Shown here piece after piece: positions 48,091 to 64,000 of a stretch of 64,000 nt of DNA. The position numbers and the translations under genes are program-made. Position 1 is the stretch's first letter; the number at the start of each line of letters is the position of its first letter. Below the pieces are notes generated by a model that did no database searches, was not told the origin of the DNA, and worked only from the letters and a program-made list of their open reading frames with translations. Source of the DNA: the human T2T-CHM13v2.0 reference genome, Homo sapiens; NCBI RefSeq assembly GCF_009914755.1, contig NC_060925.1. The stretch is one strand, 5' to 3'.

Positions 48091-49507
48091 TTAAAAACAG
48101 AAAAGAAAAACTTTCTGTTTTGTGGATATGACATGATTGGATCCACACTATTGCTGTGTCTGTGGGAATATGGGGCACTTTATTGAAATATGAATATTTA
48201 CTGCATATTTGGTTGGTTTTATAAGACATGCATCATGTTATTTCCCTCCATTTTCATTAATGCCATTCTCCTCCAATCAAGATGAGTTTATCTATTTTAA
48301 AAGGCCCTGTTGGCAGTACCAGGTTTCTAAAGCAAGTCCTGATACGTTATATGGAGTTTATGTATGTCCGGCAGACTCTGAAACTCAGGCTTACCTCCAA
48401 AGCATGCAGTGATATCTTTGAGCCTTAGGTCCTAGATTGTCACTCTGGTCCTGATATGTCTGGCAGTGTCTGATAGATGTTGTCCACAATAAGAATTCAG
48501 GCGAGTTTCCATGAGGTTCTGTAGATGTTTAGCTGTTTGCCAGAAGGAGCATGGCTTTCCTGTTTCTTATCTGTCTTGTGCGAGTTCCATGCCATCTTAA
48601 ACAGTGTGTACCATGTAGTTCCCTAGAACCCCATCTATAACTTGAACCTTAGTCTCTTGAGAATGACCCACCAGGGTGATTGTTTAGAGCCACGTTCCTA
48701 CCTGTTGTTTCCGGTGAGCAAACTGGAAAGTAACCCTGCCTGGCATGGGGTGTCTGCTGTGTAACCCTCAACACAGTGACAGTGATCTGCTCTGACCGTC
48801 CCTGAGCGTGCTAGGTAGCTCAGGGCTTGCAAGTTCATAAATAATTATCTCCACAGCCTATTCTTAGTAGCAACAGATGCTGAGCTTTTCCAGCCTGCTC
48901 TCGGGGTCAGTGGTGGGAAAGAGAAGAAAAAAAATGAAAGCATTGTTTTGCACATGGCTGGACATCTGTATTTCTGAATTGCCCTGTTGTGTGTATGATG
49001 CAACTGCTGGAGCTGTTTTGCTGAATGTGAACTTTGTCAACCGACTGGAGTCTAAATTGGTTTTGGATCCCTCTGAAATCTAAATGGTCAGACCATATTT
49101 TTCTAATATTCAGCTGGATTGTATCTTTGCTCTGAAGTGGAGCTGACTTCGTATGTGTTCACAGTGGCAGCAGGGGTTGCTTCTCTGTTTTCCTGGTCTG
49201 TGTTGTTTGTTTTCCCAAGACTGCTGCTTACCTTGTCCATTGTCTATACTCAGGAGACCAGGAAGGTAACTCCCTATGGAACTGTGGCCACTGGGACTTC
49301 AAGGATCGTTAACTCTAGTGTTATTGTTAGGAAGAGAGCAGACTGTTTTTCAGAAATGAAACAGGTGAAGCACCAAGAATAGCTAACCTACTAGGTGCAC
49401 TGGTACCATGGCAAAGACTTGGACTTGGACTTGGGATATCCAAGCACTTAGGTTCTTTGTTGGGAGCTTTGACAGTCAAGGCTGATGTTTCTGTTTGGTA
49501 GCTGTAG

Positions 49508-49995
<488 letters not shown>

Positions 49996-50139
49996 TTTTG
50001 GAGGCTTACAAAGCTTTTAATAAAACTGTGTGGCTGTGTCTAGATATCCATGTTAGGTTTTGAGTGAATTTCTGCATGAAGAAAAGACATCTATTTGGGT
50101 GGTGATGTTGATGGTTGGGGCAGTGGATCCTGTCTTTTA

Positions 50140-50263
50140 TAACAATATGATTAGTAATAATAATATGACTAATATGATTAGTAATATGATTAGTAATAAT
50201 ATGACTAATATGATTAGTAATATGATTAGTTATAATATGATTATATTACTAATCATATTGTTA
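50140..50263. repeat. AT-rich (AATATGATTAGT)-like tandem array bounded by a 20-bp inverted repeat
   Basis: Read directly from the sequence; see the findings. Confidence 0.9.
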
Positions 50264-52534
50264 ATAATACTAACTATCAGTTATGGAATAGTTATATTAG
50301 GCTCTGGGCTAATCTCCATATTAGCACTATATATAAACACTATTATTATTCTAAATTTTATAAATAAGGAAACTGAGGTGTAGTAACATCACGTGTAATT
50401 TCCTCACGATCACACAGCTGTCTGACTCCAAAGCTCATCCTATTCATCACTCCTCCAAGATGATTAATTTCCATTTAAATAAGGAAAATGTGGATTAAAG
50501 AATGAGAAGTCTAAAAAGGAGAATCCTCTGAGTGAGAACCATATGCATCTGTATGTGTCAGGGCATCATTCTCTTCTGATAAAAGGAAAAAAAAGACAAG
50601 TCTGGATGTGTTTCTTTTTTTCTCTTAAATGCAGTATTTTTTTCCTAAGAACCTGTGAAAGTTCAAGGCAGGCAGTAGAACCCAAGGGCTTGCATACTGG
50701 TATTGGAATTAAGCAGTGGCCTCTGAGCTTAGCTCATGCATGCTCTTCATGTTCCTCATTAGAAGAATGAAAATAGCTTCTTATGTGAATCTATATGGAG
50801 GATGAGTGTGTGCTTACAGTTATTTTCTTGTCTAGGCTGGGTAATAATTAGAGTGGGCAATATAAACTCCAGTGTTTTCATTTTGTTCCCTGAATAGGAC
50901 AACTGTTTTGTTGTTGCTTTTGTTGTTGGCAGATTTGTAAATCAGAGTACATACTTCTTACTTAAAGGACTGTGTTAATTCTCTAATGCCTGTTAAAAGA
51001 TTAGAATAGTACCAGCACCTATCAATAAGCAGGATCCTGGAAATTCCATAGCCAGTTCCTGATAGGCCCCATACTTATGAAGGAATGTTACATTGAGGCA
51101 TCCAATAAATATTTATTAAATGAGAGAGTGAATGAATTTTTGCACATATGTACCATAACAGAAATAGCACCCCACGTATTGCTAAGGACTTCTTGGGAAA
51201 GGAGAGTGATTTTAGTCAATTGCTATGCTCCCAGTTTCTCCACGGGGCCCCCGTGGTCTGCTGACCAACTCCTAATTGCCTACCAGAAGCAGTTCTCTGT
51301 ACACTAAACATAGCAATATTAGTAGGCTTTTAAAAAATCTTATCATCACAAGCTTCCGTTTATATCTCTCAGCCTTGATGAAAGGAAGCTGACTTTTGCT
51401 TTACTCTAAGTAGCATTCTTCATATTACAAGTTAGAAAAAGTTCTGTTGTCCCCAGGGCACATAAGGAACAGGAGAGAAGTTGCTTGCCAGCCCATGTGA
51501 AAGATGAGAAGCCCAACTTGGATTCATTCATGTCCCCTGCTACAGGGACACCTGGATGAGACCCTGCTCCCTCTGTGAGTTCAAACTGCTGTCACTGGAG
51601 TTATAAAGGGACATTTAGGCTTGTGTTCTTGGGTCTGTAGCCAGACAGCACAAGTATTTTTAGGGCTCTTTTTGTCTCAATCTGATTTCTGCTTGAAACT
51701 TTAACACATGCAGGCTTCACTGAAATACTTTTAAACTACTCTCTGGGCAGTGTAGGAGGGGTTGGATTAGTACTACAGCCTTTAAACAGTTCAAAAAAAG
51801 ATTTTTTTTTATTGCTAAATATCCAACAGGCTGAACGGAGGAAATTCAAGTCTAACCCTGGAGGGACCCCTGTTTAGTCATCTGTCTAGACAGACGAGTT
51901 CATATAATGGGCCTCTATGTTTCTTTTGCTTTGTATAACAGACGGTGGTCCCTTCCTTTAAACTTTGTGAAGATGTCAACCTTTGGTTTTTTTTATCCCA
52001 ACCTGCTGTTGATAAGCCAAGAAAGTGACTCACACATGAGCCAACAATAACTCTTGAGTGTGACAATTAGTCTTACAATTGAGTAGCAAGAAAATATAGG
52101 ATTTGCATACAGGGGACCTGGGTAAAATCCTGACTGTGTAACATCGAGAAAGTCAGTTACCCTTTCTGAACTTTTTTTTTTTTCCTAAAATGAGAGTTAA
52201 TTAAAAAAAAAAAACCCAACATTATTTCTTAATGGTTCTTCAAAAGAAGAAATTATCTAACACAGAAAAATGTTTTTCACATGGTAGAGGCTGAGTAAAT
52301 TGTCATTCATTCAATCAATCATTTTAAGGTGATCATTGAAGACTTTAGCATTTTTGCTTTCTTATTCTGAAAACCATAGAAAAACTAGAAATTCTAGCCC
52401 ATATTTTAAATCTCATGTCAGCATACATTGAGAACAGCGAGTGCTTTTTTTTCAGTCTAGAAAAGAAGAAAAGTGGTACCAATTTCTGTGAGAGGAAGAT
52501 AATATTGGAGATAGTATTTTAAAATACGGGATAT

Positions 52535-52960
52535 TGAGGGAGGAGGGAGAGCATCAGGAGGAATAGCTAATGGATGCTGGCCTTAATACCTAGGTGATGG
52601 GATGATCTGTGCAACAAACCACCATGGCACGTTTACCTATGTAACAAACCTTCACATCCTGCATATGTACCCCTGAACTTAAGAAGTTGAAGAAAAAATA
52701 TGGGATATCTATAATTTATATTCATAAGTTGAATGTATAGAATCAAAGGGAGGATTGGTGGTTGCCAGGGGCTGTAGCGAAGGGGAAATGAGGAGTTACT
52801 AATAAATGGGCCTAAAGTTTCAGTTGAGCAAGATGAATAAGATCTAGAGAGCTGCTGCACAACGTCGTACCCACAGTCAACAATAATAGATTGCACACTT
52901 AAAAATGTGGTAAGTGCGTACATCTCCCGTTAAGTGTTCTTACACAATAGAATTTAAAAT
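52535..52960 (+). mobile_element. Two adjacent L1 3'-end fragments (L1PA-type about 52535-52700; L1MA/MB-type about 52735-52960)
   Basis: 'aatacctaggtgatgggatgatctgtgcaacaaaccaccatggcac' and 'gtggttgccagggg...aaagtttcagttgagcaagatgaataag'. Confidence 0.85.
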
Positions 52961-53662
52961 ATTGTTAGAAGTGAATAAGGCAGAATGACATTCTTTATCT
53001 TGTTAGGAGGGCTGGAAGCTCAGACCTTGCATGAAAGGACAATGTGTGTTAGTAATGATTTCTACAACCAGGCGGAACATCAGCCACCTCAATTCCTTGT
53101 CATTTCACTTTAAGCTCTGCCTGGATGGTTCCTGAAAACCATGACCTACAAAATTTTGTTTTATTCTATTTAATTCAGTTATAATTCACCAAGCATATAC
53201 TGCCTTAAGAATTTGGTGCCTGAATTATGCAGATGAATAAAAAATGAGATAGGTAGGGATGAGTCCCTCTTGGAAGAGGCATCACCAACAGCTCAGAGAG
53301 TACTAGGACCATACAACCTAGGTTTAAGTGGAGGCCTTACTGTTTCCAGTTCCATAGCACCGGGCAAGTTCCCTCTTTAAGCCTCAGTTTCTTATCCCCC
53401 ACCTAAGTGGGATGAATCCAGATGTGTACCTGACAGCTGATGTGCTCCCAGTAGCTAGTAACATTGCTTTTGCTGTTATGCTTATTCTTTTTATTGTTAT
53501 TACTATATTATCCCTGCCCTCAAGTAGCTTATAGCCTATTTGTGGAGACCCATTTGTACACACTACCCTGCACAAAGCAGAAAAATTAAAAAACTGCTGA
53601 ATGACATTTACAAGCAAAGTTCAATCCAAACACATAGGAAGATGGTTGGTTAATGAAACCAG

Positions 53663-53948
53663 CTTTGTTTGTTTTGAGACACGGTCTTGCTCTGTTGCCC
53701 AGGCTGGAGTGCAGTGGTGTAATGATAGCTCACTGCAGCCTTGACCTCCTGGGCTCAAGTGACTCTCCCACCTCAGCCTAGGAGGTTAGCTGGGACTACA
53801 GATGATGCCACCACACCTGGCTAATTTAAAAAAAAAAATTTTTATAGAGATGAGGTCTCACTTTGTTGCCCGGGCTGGTCTCAGACTCCTGGGCTCAAGG
53901 GATCCTCCTAAAGTGCTGGGATTACAGGCGTGAGCCACTGTGCCCAGC
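53663..53948 (-). mobile_element. AluJ-like element
   Basis: Antisense dimer; TSD tgaaaccagcttt / tgaaaccaacttt. Confidence 0.92.
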
Positions 53949-54667
53949 TGAAACCAACTTTTAGGAGAAGCAGTCCCTACCATGCCTAGAACAACGTGTA
54001 TTTCTTAAGTGCTTAGCCACAGCCTTAAAGTGAAAGGGAAATAGAAAAATCAGCCTCCTCTTTAGCTGGTACAGGACAGAAGCAAAACATAGATATCTAT
54101 GTTGATAGCATAACTTTTCACATTTTGTAGTATAGTTCATGACATTCTCAGACACTGAAATTCCATTGGAACCCAGTGCTTTACGTGGCTTTGAATATGG
54201 TATGTGTGAGTCATGTCTCTTTCAATACAACTGCAATCAATAAAAACCCCAGTAAAATGTGGTTAACCACAAGGGCATCCCTCCCCACCAGCTCCACCCC
54301 CAAATCAGCACTATGATTCATTCAATGTAGTCCTCCTCCCCCTAATGTATTTTACATTGGGAGATACTTATGCTTCCTCAGCACAAAAATCAGAAATCCT
54401 ACTCTTCTGCTGGTCGCCTGCCCCTATGTTGTGCCGTCTTGCCCCACCCCCGACCCCTGGGAAGTCCAGTCGTGGCCTATACCCTGGGTAGCTGTGGCTG
54501 GGGAGAAACTCTGCCCAGTTTCATGCAGAAGCAGGACAGATGCTTCCAAAGGATGCAGTCTGAGGTCCCAGAAGACCTTACTGAGAAAAAAGTCTTTTCT
54601 TCTTTCTTACTAATATAACCCCAGCATCCATCTTCCTGTGTCTTCCTTAAATTGAATCCTGAGATGA

Positions 54668-55535
<868 letters not shown>

Positions 55536-55803
55536 TGTTTTTTTTTTCTTATACAGAAGGGACCTGAGGAAACAATATGCATTGTGAGTGCACACCAGAG
55601 GGATAGAGAAAGGCAGACAAGGAAAGGAGAGGAAAGGCGGGTAATGGAAGAAGAGGTGTGGCAAGGGCAGCAGCCTTCACATTGCTTCCTCGCTGGGTCT
55701 GTGGCTATTACCCTCCTGAGCAGCACCTTCTCAGGCCAGCTCGGTCTAGAAAGCTGTCTGCCAGCAGATTCTAGTTGTCATCCCAGCAGTCCTTAAAACA
55801 TGA

Positions 55804-56197
<394 letters not shown>

Positions 56198-56699
56198 AGT
56201 ACCTTTTCTTTATTTTTTAATTTTATTTCTTTTTCTTTCTTTCTTTCTTTCTTTTTTTTTTTTTTACTTCTGCGAGCCTGGAACATCTTTTCTTTAATTT
56301 GATGCTGTCTTTCTTCCTCTCTAATGCTCAAATCTAGCTTTCATATTTTTTCTCAAGGTTGTCATTTGACAGGAGGTTTTATTTAAAAGTTCTGAGGTTA
56401 AATACCTGGAAGATAAGATGAAGCCAGTTGAAAACAGTGTCCTTTTTCTGTTCTCATGCCTGAGAGAAGTTCAGTCAGTCCTGATTTTTCAATCGGGGTA
56501 GACCAAAGTTTAAGTCAGCTGGCTGTGATACAATCTTATTTTACCATTTTCTTTCACATGCTTTTAGTTAATGGAGGAAGCTGGGTCTTAAAATATCCAA
56601 TTGCATTTAACTTCTTTTACTTACTTAAGGAACCAGTTACCCTTTGATAAGTACCTATGTCTAGTTCCTTTTATCCACAGTTGGTATTTAGTCAATAAT

Positions 56700-56900
56700 A
56701 ACAATAACAACAATAATAATACCGATGCGGTGCTTCATATACTCCAGGCACTCTTCTAAACACTTTTAGAGACATCGATATTCATTTGATCCTGGCAATA
56801 ATAGGTATTATTACTCTCTTTGTTTCACATGTGAGGAAACCAAGGCAGAGAGAGATTAAATAACTTGCCCAAGCTGTGAGATAGTAGAGCTGAGACATTT
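56700..56900 (-). mobile_element. MIR SINE
   Basis: 'gaggaaaccaaggcagagagagattaaataacttgcccaag'. Confidence 0.75.
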
Positions 56901-58004
56901 ACCTATCAAAGTCGCTGCCATCGTCAGCACTCACTCGCATTCATTGGAAGCTCAAGTCGGTGACCAATCATGTGTCCCTAAAGCAGCAGTACAGTGTAAT
57001 GATTAAGGGCACAAACTCTGGAATGAAAATGGCCTAGGTTTGTGTGTTTGGGGACGGACATTCCACTCTAGAAGTAGATTCCACCTGGCCTAAAATGTGT
57101 AAATCACTGTGCTATCACACCAAGTTAGAAACTCACATGGTGCACACACATGCTAAGCTCCTTACAGTCTGAAACTGGCAACAGTAATCAGCATGCAAAG
57201 TTCTCTTTAGATGGCCTGTTTTTTTTTTCCTAGCTAACCCCTTTGATTAGCAAATAGTACAAATGTTTATAGAGTTGGAAGATTTTTAATATCTTTATTT
57301 GAATTGCACAAAGCAGCCAAATGTAGTTTGGCCCTAGGCTGCAGAGTATATGTGTCCGGGTGCCAAGAAGCAACTGCACTCCGCCTGGGATGCCAAGCAT
57401 TCCAGACCTGTTACCTTGTAAGTGTAATATTTACCAGATTTTTGCTTCATCTGGAGATGAAGAGCAGAGATGAATAGAGTGGGGGTGGGTCAGGCTGCTG
57501 GGAAGGGAGCTCAGTGTTGAGAGGAATCCCTGAATGAGTAGGTAGCTGGGAAGGGAACAGAGATTTGCCAGAAAAAGCCCTTTTGCTGGCAACTTGGAAT
57601 CTAGGAAAAAATAACAGAGGCTAACATGCTGGGGTGCTTACCATGTGCCAGGCATAGTGCCAAATGTTCTGCTTTCATGAGCCTATCTCATCCTTTCAAT
57701 TCTATGAGATAGATGCTATTATTATCCCTACTTTGTAGATGGGAAAAGTGCAGCTGAGAGAGTTAATTACCCAAGATCAATTCTCTTCTGTTCCAAGGTC
57801 TCTTTGTTACTTTAGTAAAACTAGTACAGAGCAAGGAATGACAGTGCATCAAGCCGAACCCCAACAAGTCAAGGCACTTACAGTATCTTCTGTTGGTTCT
57901 TACTTTCTCTAACCTTCGCAACTGCCCTGAAAGTTAGGTGTTGTTAACATTTTACAGACGAGGAAACTGAGGCCTTAGAGCTTAAGATATTTGCCAAAGG
58001 CACA

Positions 58005-58317
58005 TTTTTGTTTTTGTTTTTGTTTTTTTTTTTTTTTGAGACAGAGTCTCGCTCTGTTGCCCAGGCTGGATTGAAGTGGCACAGTCTTGGCTCACTGCAA
58101 GCTCCGCCTCCCGGGTTCACGCCATTCTCCTGCCTCAGCCTCCTGAGTAGGTGGGACTACAGGCAACCGCCACCAAGCCCAGCTAATTTTTGTATTTTTA
58201 GTAGAGACGGGGTTTCACCTTGTTAGCCAGGATGGTCTGGATCTCCTGACCTCGTGATCCACCCGCCTCGGCCTCCCAAAGTGCTGGGAGTACAGGTGTG
58301 AGCCACAGCGCCCGACT
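58005..58317 (-). mobile_element. AluY-like element inserted in a MIR
   Basis: Antisense dimer preceded by the MIR core 'ttttacagacgaggaaactgaggc'. Confidence 0.93.
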
Positions 58318-58582
58318 GAAAGGCCAGATTTTTAAGTGGTAAATCCAGGAGTAGAATCTGGGTCTGCTGAATCCCACATCTTAAATCTCTTTGTGTTCAA
58401 ACATGACGTCTTCATTAGGCACCAGTGACAAGATCACAAATAAAACAAAACTCTATCTCTGGACAAGCTCAATTTTCTGCGATGTTCCTAAAAGGGAAGG
58501 GGATTGAGGCAGAGCTCCAGGTAGCTTGTACTGAATCCTGTGTGTGAATAAACAGAGGTAGTAGATGAGATAGTGCTACTAG

Positions 58583-58628
58583 GTGTGTGTGTAGGGGTGT
58601 GTGTGTGTGTGTGTGCACACGCGCGTGC
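58583..58628. repeat. (TG)n microsatellite
   Basis: Interrupted GT repeat followed by gcacacgcgcgtgc. Confidence 0.85.
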
Positions 58629-61229
58629 CTATGCACACAATGGGGCAGTTGTAGGCTGGAGCAGGGAAGATTTATTTTTAAATTGAAGAAATTAGTAGTT
58701 GCCAGAGAAGCACATGTGCAATGTCTTATGTTTTACTTTCATCATCTCTCCATCTGATGAATAAATTTTAAGGGGATTCCTGCAGGTCAGCAGAAAGAGA
58801 GGGTGAAATCTAGCCCTAGTTCTTTGCTGCCCTTACCAGATGGAGGCCACCATTAAAGCCCTCAACTCAACTGAAAAAAAAAATTTTATGAAGTATTTTT
58901 GTGAAAATTAAGCTATAGCATTGGAAACCACTCTTTACATCCCCCTCCCCACCTCCTGCAGTGCTCAAAGCTGTCTTCCAAGGAAGCTGGAAATATAAGT
59001 AGAAAAAATATCTTGCCCAGAGGCCCCTGGCAAGAGCTCTTAATCAGCTACTGGTACCTTTGCTTTTGGGGACTGTAGCTTTGGTTGAGTCTCACCCAAA
59101 AATCAATGTTTTTAGCTGAAGGCGGAAAATTATAAAAGCAAAGGTGTGAAGTGAAGCTCTTTGGTTAGTGCTGTCAGTGGAAGAACAGTCACCCCAGTGG
59201 AGTAATAGGTGCCCCAAGACACATACACACGCTTGAGCAGGACCACTGATTCATCCAGGCGCTCGCTGATGTGAGACTGATAAAGTGACTTATTTTTAAG
59301 CAGTTGATCATACTTCTGAATTAAAGTATTCATAGATTATTCAGAAATAATAAATTTGTTTTGTGGAAAGTGAGATTTTTTTTTCTCTACTTACTTCACA
59401 GTACCACCATGTCCCACTGGACATTTGGACACATAGGAACTGAATTCAAGGGATGATTTTCTATCACTTGAAATCTTAAAGTAGAAGAGAGATGGAGTGA
59501 TTTGCTTGTGATGAATCGGCCAGTCTCTGGGTAAAAAAGTCAGGACTAGGAAAACAAGGACTAAAGTCACAAACTTCTGCTCCCAACACAATCACTAAGA
59601 TCACCTTCAAATGCCACTTCTACTTTCCGTAGGAGTTCTAGTCTTTCATGAGTATTCAATTTTAAGCACTGGTGGTCTATATGGAGGTATGAGGTGGTGT
59701 TTCTCTTTTGGCTACTCATCTCAAATTTTGAAAATAAATGTTCATGGGGGTAAGAAGATTGTTTTATGACACTAGCCTACTGTAAATTCTTTTTGGAGTC
59801 TTCTTGAAAATATTTGAGTTTTTAAATTAAACACTAGGTGATAAGGAAAGGTTTCAAGGGAGGATAAAGTTAAAAAGAAAGGCAATTCCCAACGAAGAGG
59901 AAAGAAACCTATGTGATGGAGTCTTAAGCTTTTGTATTCTGCCCTTGGATATTACAGCAAGGCCCTAGGACTGGATTTATGATGCAACCAGGGGTTTAAT
60001 TAGAAGACTATGAGCTCGAATGGAGCCACATTTAGACAGAATCTGAAACCTCTGTTTTGTCAATGCATAATTCTACAGGAATTTGCAAGTGACCTTTATT
60101 TTTTTAGGAGGGTCCAAAATTCAAAGCTGGAAAGCATGTGTCCTTTTAATGTATAGTCTATTGCAAATATGAATCTGCCTTTAGAAAAACACAAGACCAT
60201 TTTAAAATGCAATAATAGGGCTGCTAATTTGCCCTTCAGAAGTCATTTTTCATTTTCTTTGTTGGGAAAGCAGGTGCATGAGAAGTGTGTGTATGTGGGG
60301 GGTGTGGGGGAGAGGGAGAGTGTCCTCAGGTGTTCATTGTCACACAGCCCTCAAGTGGCTTCACAGGCAGAAAGTCCTAGCAAGAAATGGCAGTCCTTGC
60401 AGAAGCCCTTTGTCCCTTCAGCCATACTGTTTGTGAGTTTTTTTACTGAAGGATTTTCACACAGCTACGTGGCGAAGGACTTGCGAGATTTGATTATATA
60501 TCCCATGAGTCAGGTTTCGATGGGTTACAGATTGCAATAAAATCAACCACAGGCTTTGGAAAAACTTTCCATGAAAGGCATTTTAGACTAAGAAATATTG
60601 GCTTTGGATTTCCCCATCTAGAAAGGTAGAGAGTAAACATGTACTGACAAAAAAGCACCACATTCGGGATCCCGAAAATAATTGTGAAACAACACAAGAA
60701 TGCTTTTCCTCCTCCCTTTCCTTCCTTTCCACGTCACAGAGTTTGTCATTTATGACGATTTTGTGGTTGTTTTAACAGTTCTGTGAAAATGAGATACAGA
60801 GAAAGTATTTTTAAGATTTATTTAAATAATATAAGGTCACAGATATTCCCCCCTCTCCTCTTCTAGAACATCTTGATTCATTAAAAAGAAAAAAAAAAGG
60901 AATTAAATAGCATAAGTATTTTGAATGCATTGGTTATGGGTTTTATTTTTAATAACTGTCTTGTCACTCATTATTTTATTGGGTTAAAAGTTATAATCAT
61001 TTTCAGGTAGATAATTAAAGTAGCTATGTATGTAGGAATGGAGTTAGAATAATTTGGAATATCGTGGTGGAAAAAGCGTTAGCAGGTATGTGGGATATTT
61101 GAAAGCCTTAGAAAAACAAGCATGTTAAATGCTTCCTATACTATTATGTGTTATAAGACAGATTATGTATAATAAGAGGCTATCTTACCTTTTAAAATAA
61201 AGTACTAAAAGTGGTTCATTACAAGTCAC

Positions 61230-61380
61230 TTCCGCTCTGGCTGTACCACTTATTAGCTGTGTGACCTTAGATAAATTATTTAATCCTCATAAGCCTTAGT
61301 CTCCTCATCTGCAAAATGGAAATGAAAATAGTATCTACCTCTCAGAGTTCTTGTGAGGCTTAAACGAGATAATCCAGGTC
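61230..61380 (+). mobile_element. MIR SINE
   Basis: 'tagctgtgtgaccttagataa...ctcctcatctgcaaaatgg...tatctacctc'. Confidence 0.85.
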
Positions 61381-63739
61381 AGACCCAGCTGCTGTTATTC
61401 TTGGCCCTGTACATATTGAGAGAGGCTGGCTTTCCAGGCAGTGGATTTAACATACGTTTGCTTCATCTCATTTTTCCTTAAACTCAGGGGCTATGGACAG
61501 TCCATTCACACCCCTAGAGTCTCACCAGAAAAGGACAGAAGGCAGAATTCAAATCTGCTGAGAATGGATGGTTAACATGAAACGTGGGGGATGACTCATG
61601 GCAGGAGGAGGTTCAGTGAAGCCCGATTGTCTCTGACAGTTGAGGACAAAGTGGCTGCAGATGCTTCAGAGGCTGCCCCCAGAGCACATTGCAGCCTGTG
61701 CAGTTATTATTCCTAAGGCCGATGCCACAATGATGTCACATAACCACCCGGCAGATGGCTCGTATTATTATATGCATTGAAACCAGAGTGAACCCTTCCC
61801 ATGTTTGGGATGGGTGTGGTGAGTGGGAGGAACACCTGTTAGGAGGTAGGATCTGGGTTTGATTCTATTTTTTCCCCCTTTCTTACTGGTACTTTCTGGT
61901 TGGTAGCTCTGAGCCTCAGTTTCCTTATCTGCAAAAGGGAGATGTACCTCAACAGTTGTTTAGAAGGGTAGAGTAGAATTAGATAAGATAATGTAAGCAA
62001 ATGCTTGGTATTTCTGAATGACCTCTGGAATATGTGGACAGCATATTGTTATTCAATGATAATTAAGAATAAGTTGAAGTACAGTGATGCCACCTTGTAC
62101 TTATCATTTTGCATTTAACAAAAGGACGTGGACATGCATTATCGTATTTGAGCTTGACGAAAGCCTGTGATCACCGGTTCACAGAGCACAGAGGTTTTGG
62201 GCCTTCCCCAAAGTAACACGACTTCAGAGGAAAATGAGAATTCCTGCTAAGAAGTGGCCATCCTTGGTGTATAAGCCCCTTTATCCCTTTAGCCATGATA
62301 TTTGGGAGATTTTTTGCTGAAGGGTTTTAACATGACCCCATGTCAAGACTAAGACCAAGATCTTCTCACATAGCTGCAGAGGATCACACACAGAGGGTGT
62401 CTTTGGCTGGTGAGGGGCTCATGAGATGGAGCATAGCAGGGGCCTCCTAGTGTATCCTTCAAAACCAAAATTAGGCTTTTCATAAGCTCAGTCTCTGAAC
62501 TCAGTGCTGTCTGGCTCCTTTCCCATCTTTCCCCTTGGAGGAAAACTGAAGAATTAAGCTGTTAGAACTAGACTTCTCTAATAAGCCTCAGTGTCACAGG
62601 TTGTCACAGTTGTTGCATTTTATTTTGTTTTTATTTTTATTTTTTCTTAATTGGGCAGCCTCTCCCCCAGCCTTTTCCCCCAAACCAGAATAAGTTCAGA
62701 GAGACTCCCATGGTTGCATTTTAAAGGTCATCTAGTTCTGTCATTACTCCTTGAATCCTGTCATAAGATCCTGGCTACTCGCAGGGATGTTGCTTGAACC
62801 TTTTGTAGGTAACTCTGTTTGAAGGCTCTTCACTGTACTGAGCTTGGGCTGTTCTGAGATTTATCACCCCCACCCCATCCTTTAAGTACTACAGAAAAAA
62901 TCTTTATCAGGAGAGGTGGGGACACGGGACAGTGGAAAGAGTGTGGACTTGGGATCAGATAGACTTGATTTGCAAATTTCCAGCTACCTTTCTGTTTCAG
63001 CTGTATACTGTTGCACAAGTGACTTGCCTGCTGGAAACCTCAGTCTCTTCATTCACACAATGAGAATGGTGGGGATTGGAAATTATCTAGCCAACCTAGT
63101 AGGCACTATCAATAAGATAGCATTTATATGAGATTGCCAGATGTCATTAAAAATGAGATTATGTCGAAGAAAGCCCTTTGTAAGTTGTTTTCAAATGTAG
63201 GCACTGCTCCTAGAAAATCACTGGAAGTCTCTTTGTGTAGCTGATTTATCAAGTAATCTAATGGGCCAACAAAACTAATGACTCCAAGAATGGCTTCCTA
63301 AGATGTGTCCTACTGAATCAGGCTCAAGCCTGCCCACAGGTTCCTGATGCTAATAGTTACAAACTGAGGAGTAGAGGCAGACCCCAGGGCCATTCTGGTT
63401 TGTTTGATTCTGGATGGCAGAGAAAGGGAGGGCTTCCATCCACAAGCTTTTTGATACTGCTCCTGTCTTGAGATTTGTGACCTTTTCTATGTTCCTGCCT
63501 AGAAAAGTCTTATTGACATCAGATTCTGAAAGTAGGTGCACCCTTTCCTCTTTGGCTGTCAATGTTCTGTTAATAATATAAGCTTATGTTTACTGAGTAC
63601 TTACTATGTTCATATTTATTACCTTATTTAATCCTTATGGCAATTCTTAGAGGCAAATGCTAGTATTATCATATTTTAAAGATACAGAAATAAAGTGAGT
63701 CCCTGCTCTTTTGCTGTTCCCGTCTATCAAGGTGAACAC

Positions 63740-64000
63740 CTAAAGAGGCCACTATAATACACAGTATGATAAGTGCCAGGATGCAAAGAATGGAGAAATT
63801 CATTGTGCTCTGGAAGAGCCAGAGACACTTCTAAAAAGAGGTGACACTAGGCTGGACCTTCAAGGATGAATAGAATTTGCCAAATGTAAAGGTTTCTAGG
63901 TGAAAGACTGACATGGCATGGGTGTGGTGGTGCTTGGCATATTTGGAGATTGGAAGTGATGTGGTGCACTTAGGGGCTGGGGCAGAGTCCAGTATGGCAG
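63740..64000 (-). mobile_element. L2 fragment
   Basis: 'gaggtgacactaggctggaccttcaaggatgaatagaatttgcca' is L2-like. Confidence 0.55.

Noticed and set aside
50060-50383. 107-aa Asn/Met/Ile-rich ORF with a hydrophobic stretch
   Set aside because: TTG start, and it is simply the translation of the AT-rich tandem array running into a MIR.

Overview
Human or great-ape genomic DNA that I recognise as the RRP15-TGFB2 locus (1q41 in human). The window contains, in order: the last intron of RRP15 (opening inside an antisense MER52-type ERV1 LTR); the RRP15 terminal coding exon (7713-7856) with proximal (8322) and distal (14722) poly(A) signals; a processed RPS26 pseudogene (about 15241-15595); the TGFB2 core promoter (CRE/ATF, E-box, TATA, TSS about 22101); a 1.36-kb 5'UTR; coding exon 1 (23466-23811); and about 40 kb of intron 1, which holds the 84-nt cassette exon of the long TGF-beta2 isoform (40098-40181). 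A three-exon antisense RNA (TGFB2-AS1) can be reconstructed across the promoter from splice signals alone. The rest is Alu, L1, L2, MIR, MER and MLT repeats and unique intronic DNA, and almost all of the supplied ORFs are spurious. I found no wholly new gene system. The best leads are the dual-use promoter/antisense architecture, a uORF with an internal TATA that could bypass it, an RPS26 retrocopy with a re-opened reading frame, an ancient local duplication, and an AT-rich palindromic array. Repeat subfamily names come from recall of consensus sequences, not from a search, and repeat boundaries are approximate unless a target-site duplication (TSD) is given.
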